A stretch of 64,000 nt of DNA, taken from the NCBI RefSeq assembly GCF_009914755.1, contig NC_060925.1; one strand, 5' to 3'. Positions 61,326 to 64,000 of this stretch are shown here, in pieces; position 1 is the first letter of the stretch; every line of letters begins with the position of its first letter. A program made the translations under genes and the position numbers. Under the pieces are notes generated by a model, which did no database searches, had not been told where the DNA came from, and saw only the letters and a program-made list of their open reading frames with translations. The stretch comes from the human T2T-CHM13v2.0 reference genome, Homo sapiens.

Positions 61326-63705
61326 TAGATACATTTACTTAGGTACCTATACATAACATATGTACATCTATGTGTCTATATCTGTATAAATTTATGTCTA
61401 CATATGGTATGTATATGTAGGTGTGTTGTATAGAATTATTTTTTTAAGAGCAATGTTACAGATAAAATATCACTTGGGTTTTCCTTGATACTTAAGTAGT
61501 TTGAAGTCGAAGCAGTATAGAACTTAGAGATTTTAGGAAATTGAACACTTTATACCGTGAAATGACCATTATTTAATTCTGTGAGCATAAATAAAAGGTG
61601 ATGTACGAACTTTGAACTCTGTTTGCTTGGAAAAAATTGAAGATAATTTTGAAGGAGCTTATTGCTCCTTACATTTGAAGATGATAATGATATAAAGCTC
61701 CCTTTTGTAAACCATGTAATACCATCGTGAGCAGTAATTTTGGTAACTGTAGACACTTAAGTAAAGATAAGGGATACAGACACCATTATGCTAAGCATCT
61801 TAATTTCTCTCCTTTAGATTTCAATTGAGATACTTTTACTGTTCTGCTGTGTTTTCTTTGTTCATTATGAAAATTAAAATATCTCTTCAACTCTCTTAGT
61901 GTTGTCTAGTATAACATAGCAAGAAAATTTATTAAAGAGGGAAATATTTCTGTTTATCTTTGTGACCTTCTATTTCTCCTCGAAGACTGACTGACTGTTC
62001 TTTTTAATCTCACTTTATCTATCACTAGTACTCTGATGCAATAGAGAAAACATTTTAAGTATTTCCAAGTATTTTCTTATCAGTTTTAGTAATGTGGAAA
62101 CTTCTCTTAAGAATTATTCACATGGCAGCAATGCAGGGACCATTCTTTTTAGTAATTCTGATGCATTCATGTGTTTTTATTGTTGATCTTTTAGTTTTTT
62201 AATATTCTAAATAAGTTGCCTTGATATTGATGTACCAGTTTTCAGGAGGCAACTGTTTTGGGGAAGTTTTGTGACTTTATGGGTACTTAGTTTTCTTGTT
62301 TGCTAAATAATTTAAGAGGTTTTTTTCCCTCAAGGTGTAATTGCTCATGAAAAATATTTTCTGTTTCACATTTTCTACCCTAAGATGAAATATATTTTTG
62401 GCTTGCATTAATAACTTGCACCATTTTAACTTTTGGGAATGAATTGATTATATTTATATTCTATTATAATCTAAAAACAGCTTAGCACTCTTAATAGATT
62501 TTCCAACATTACAGGAAAAGACAAAGACTAGTAGACCTTGGATAAGAAGATAAAATGAGATGCTAGTGATAAGTATTCTCAGTGATCTCATGACTGTCAG
62601 GCCCATCCTACTTTACACCTTCTAATGCAACTTAAGATATCTGAATTGTATTCATTGTGCCAAAAGAGAAAATACTTATGCACTGTAAATTAGTGTTACA
62701 TACCAAAATTTTAATTTTATATAATTTCCCACAATTATGTATAGCAAATATTTGTGAAGTTTAGTTTGTTGATACCTCATTATGCCTTCCAAAGAAAAAT
62801 GTTTCCATAGAAAGATTAATAAATGATAAAAATCACACTTAGAACTGTCCATTATACTTCCAGAAGCATCCTATCTTTTTCATCACCCAGTCTCTGTGAA
62901 TTTAATTCTTTGAAATAACCACGACAAAATATAGTCTTATAAAATTGCATTATAATTACAATGCTGTGTTTGAGAACTTAACATCCCCTCTGATGGTAAA
63001 TGTTTGACCTAATTACAAACTTATAACAAAGAATTCTAACTGCTTGTCATCTCATGTTAAGACCTTTTATAGTATTAAATGGACCAATAGGGATCTCTGA
63101 GGTTTTTTTGTTGTTGCTTTGTTTTTACTAATTGGATATATGAAGGATAAGGCATACCAAGAAACTATTATTTTTAAGTATGAAATGTGCCAAACAGACA
63201 TTTATTATTTCTGTTTTATTTGAAACTAAGACTGTAGACCCACAGATTATATTTTAGAAGTGGTGGAGACGTCATAGATCATCTCCAAACTCTGTTTATA
63301 ATAGAGTGAGGAAGCTGAGACCCATCAAGGTTAAATGGCTTGTTCAAGGTCACACAACCAGTTACTGTCAAACCTTATAATCAGGTCTATTATTATAAGA
63401 TGGATATGGATTGTGTTAGTGGCACATTTAAACATTTGACAACACTCCAAGCAGGAAATGCTTCCTTATATTTAACATAAATCACTTACTTCCTCTTACT
63501 AGATACTTGGAAGAAATGGAGAGCAGCTGGTGCCTGTAATTCTAGTTCTCTTATGACTTCATTATTTCTCATCATTTAATTAACATTTTTCCTAATCCTC
63601 TTCAAAAACACCTTGCACACCAGGATTGCATTTTTTTGTTTGTTTGTTTTTTATTTTTTTAACCACAGCAGTACATTTCTAAAGGATGCTTAGTGTATGA
63701 TTCCC

Positions 63706-63834
63706 TGGGTTGGCTACACAATTGCAAGTCCCTTTGTTAAAAATTAAAAATTTTTAAGATGGCAGTAACAGAGCTTTAAACCCCAAGTGCCAGACCTGCA
63801 TAACACAGGTTTCCTGCCCATGAAGCTGACCCTG
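63706..63834 (-). mobile_element. MER91-like hAT-Tip100 element
   Basis: GGCTACA...TTAAGATGGCAGTAACAGAGC...GCCCATGAAGCTGACCCTG matches the MER91 reverse complement. Confidence 0.6.
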
Positions 63835-64000
63835 ATAGTTCCAGATATTTTGCCTGAAATTTTCTTTTTTAAAGATTAACATGTCAAACTTTATGCTTAA
63901 ATGTTTTGATATGCCACAGAGAATAGTAATTTTTTTGTAAAATAAGATCATTTTCTATCTTTCTCTGTTGATGAGGTTATGCTGGGTAATATCACTGAAG

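Overview
Human (primate) genomic DNA, AT-rich and repeat-dense. It holds the 5' coding part of NEK7 (NIMA-related kinase 7) on the + strand. Four GT-AG exons (21929-22013, 42422-42562, 51957-52019, 53507-53617) splice into residues 1-124: N-terminal extension, Gly-rich loop, VAIK lysine, alphaC helix, Tyr97 and hinge. The upstream non-coding exon and the remaining coding exons lie outside the window. The rest is intron: a near-full-length sense L1PB-type LINE interrupted by MER30, two 5'-truncated antisense L1PA insertions (one inside a MER21A LTR, one with a probable short 3' transduction), about nine Alu-derived elements (including a young Ya5-like copy and a nested pair), Tigger/Charlie/MER DNA-transposon fossils, MLT1/MER31-type LTRs, and L2/MIR relics. 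I see no bacterial-type system and no convincing new protein-coding gene; most listed ORFs are Alu/L1 or chance ORFs. The best second-look items concern RNA processing: a candidate alternative terminal exon with a polyA signal in intron 3, a candidate poison exon with a distant branch point, and an all-phase-0 exon architecture with inverted repeats that predicts translatable circRNAs. There is also a motif-dense candidate enhancer in intron 2. Repeat subfamily names are from recognition of consensus features, not from a run of RepeatMasker.
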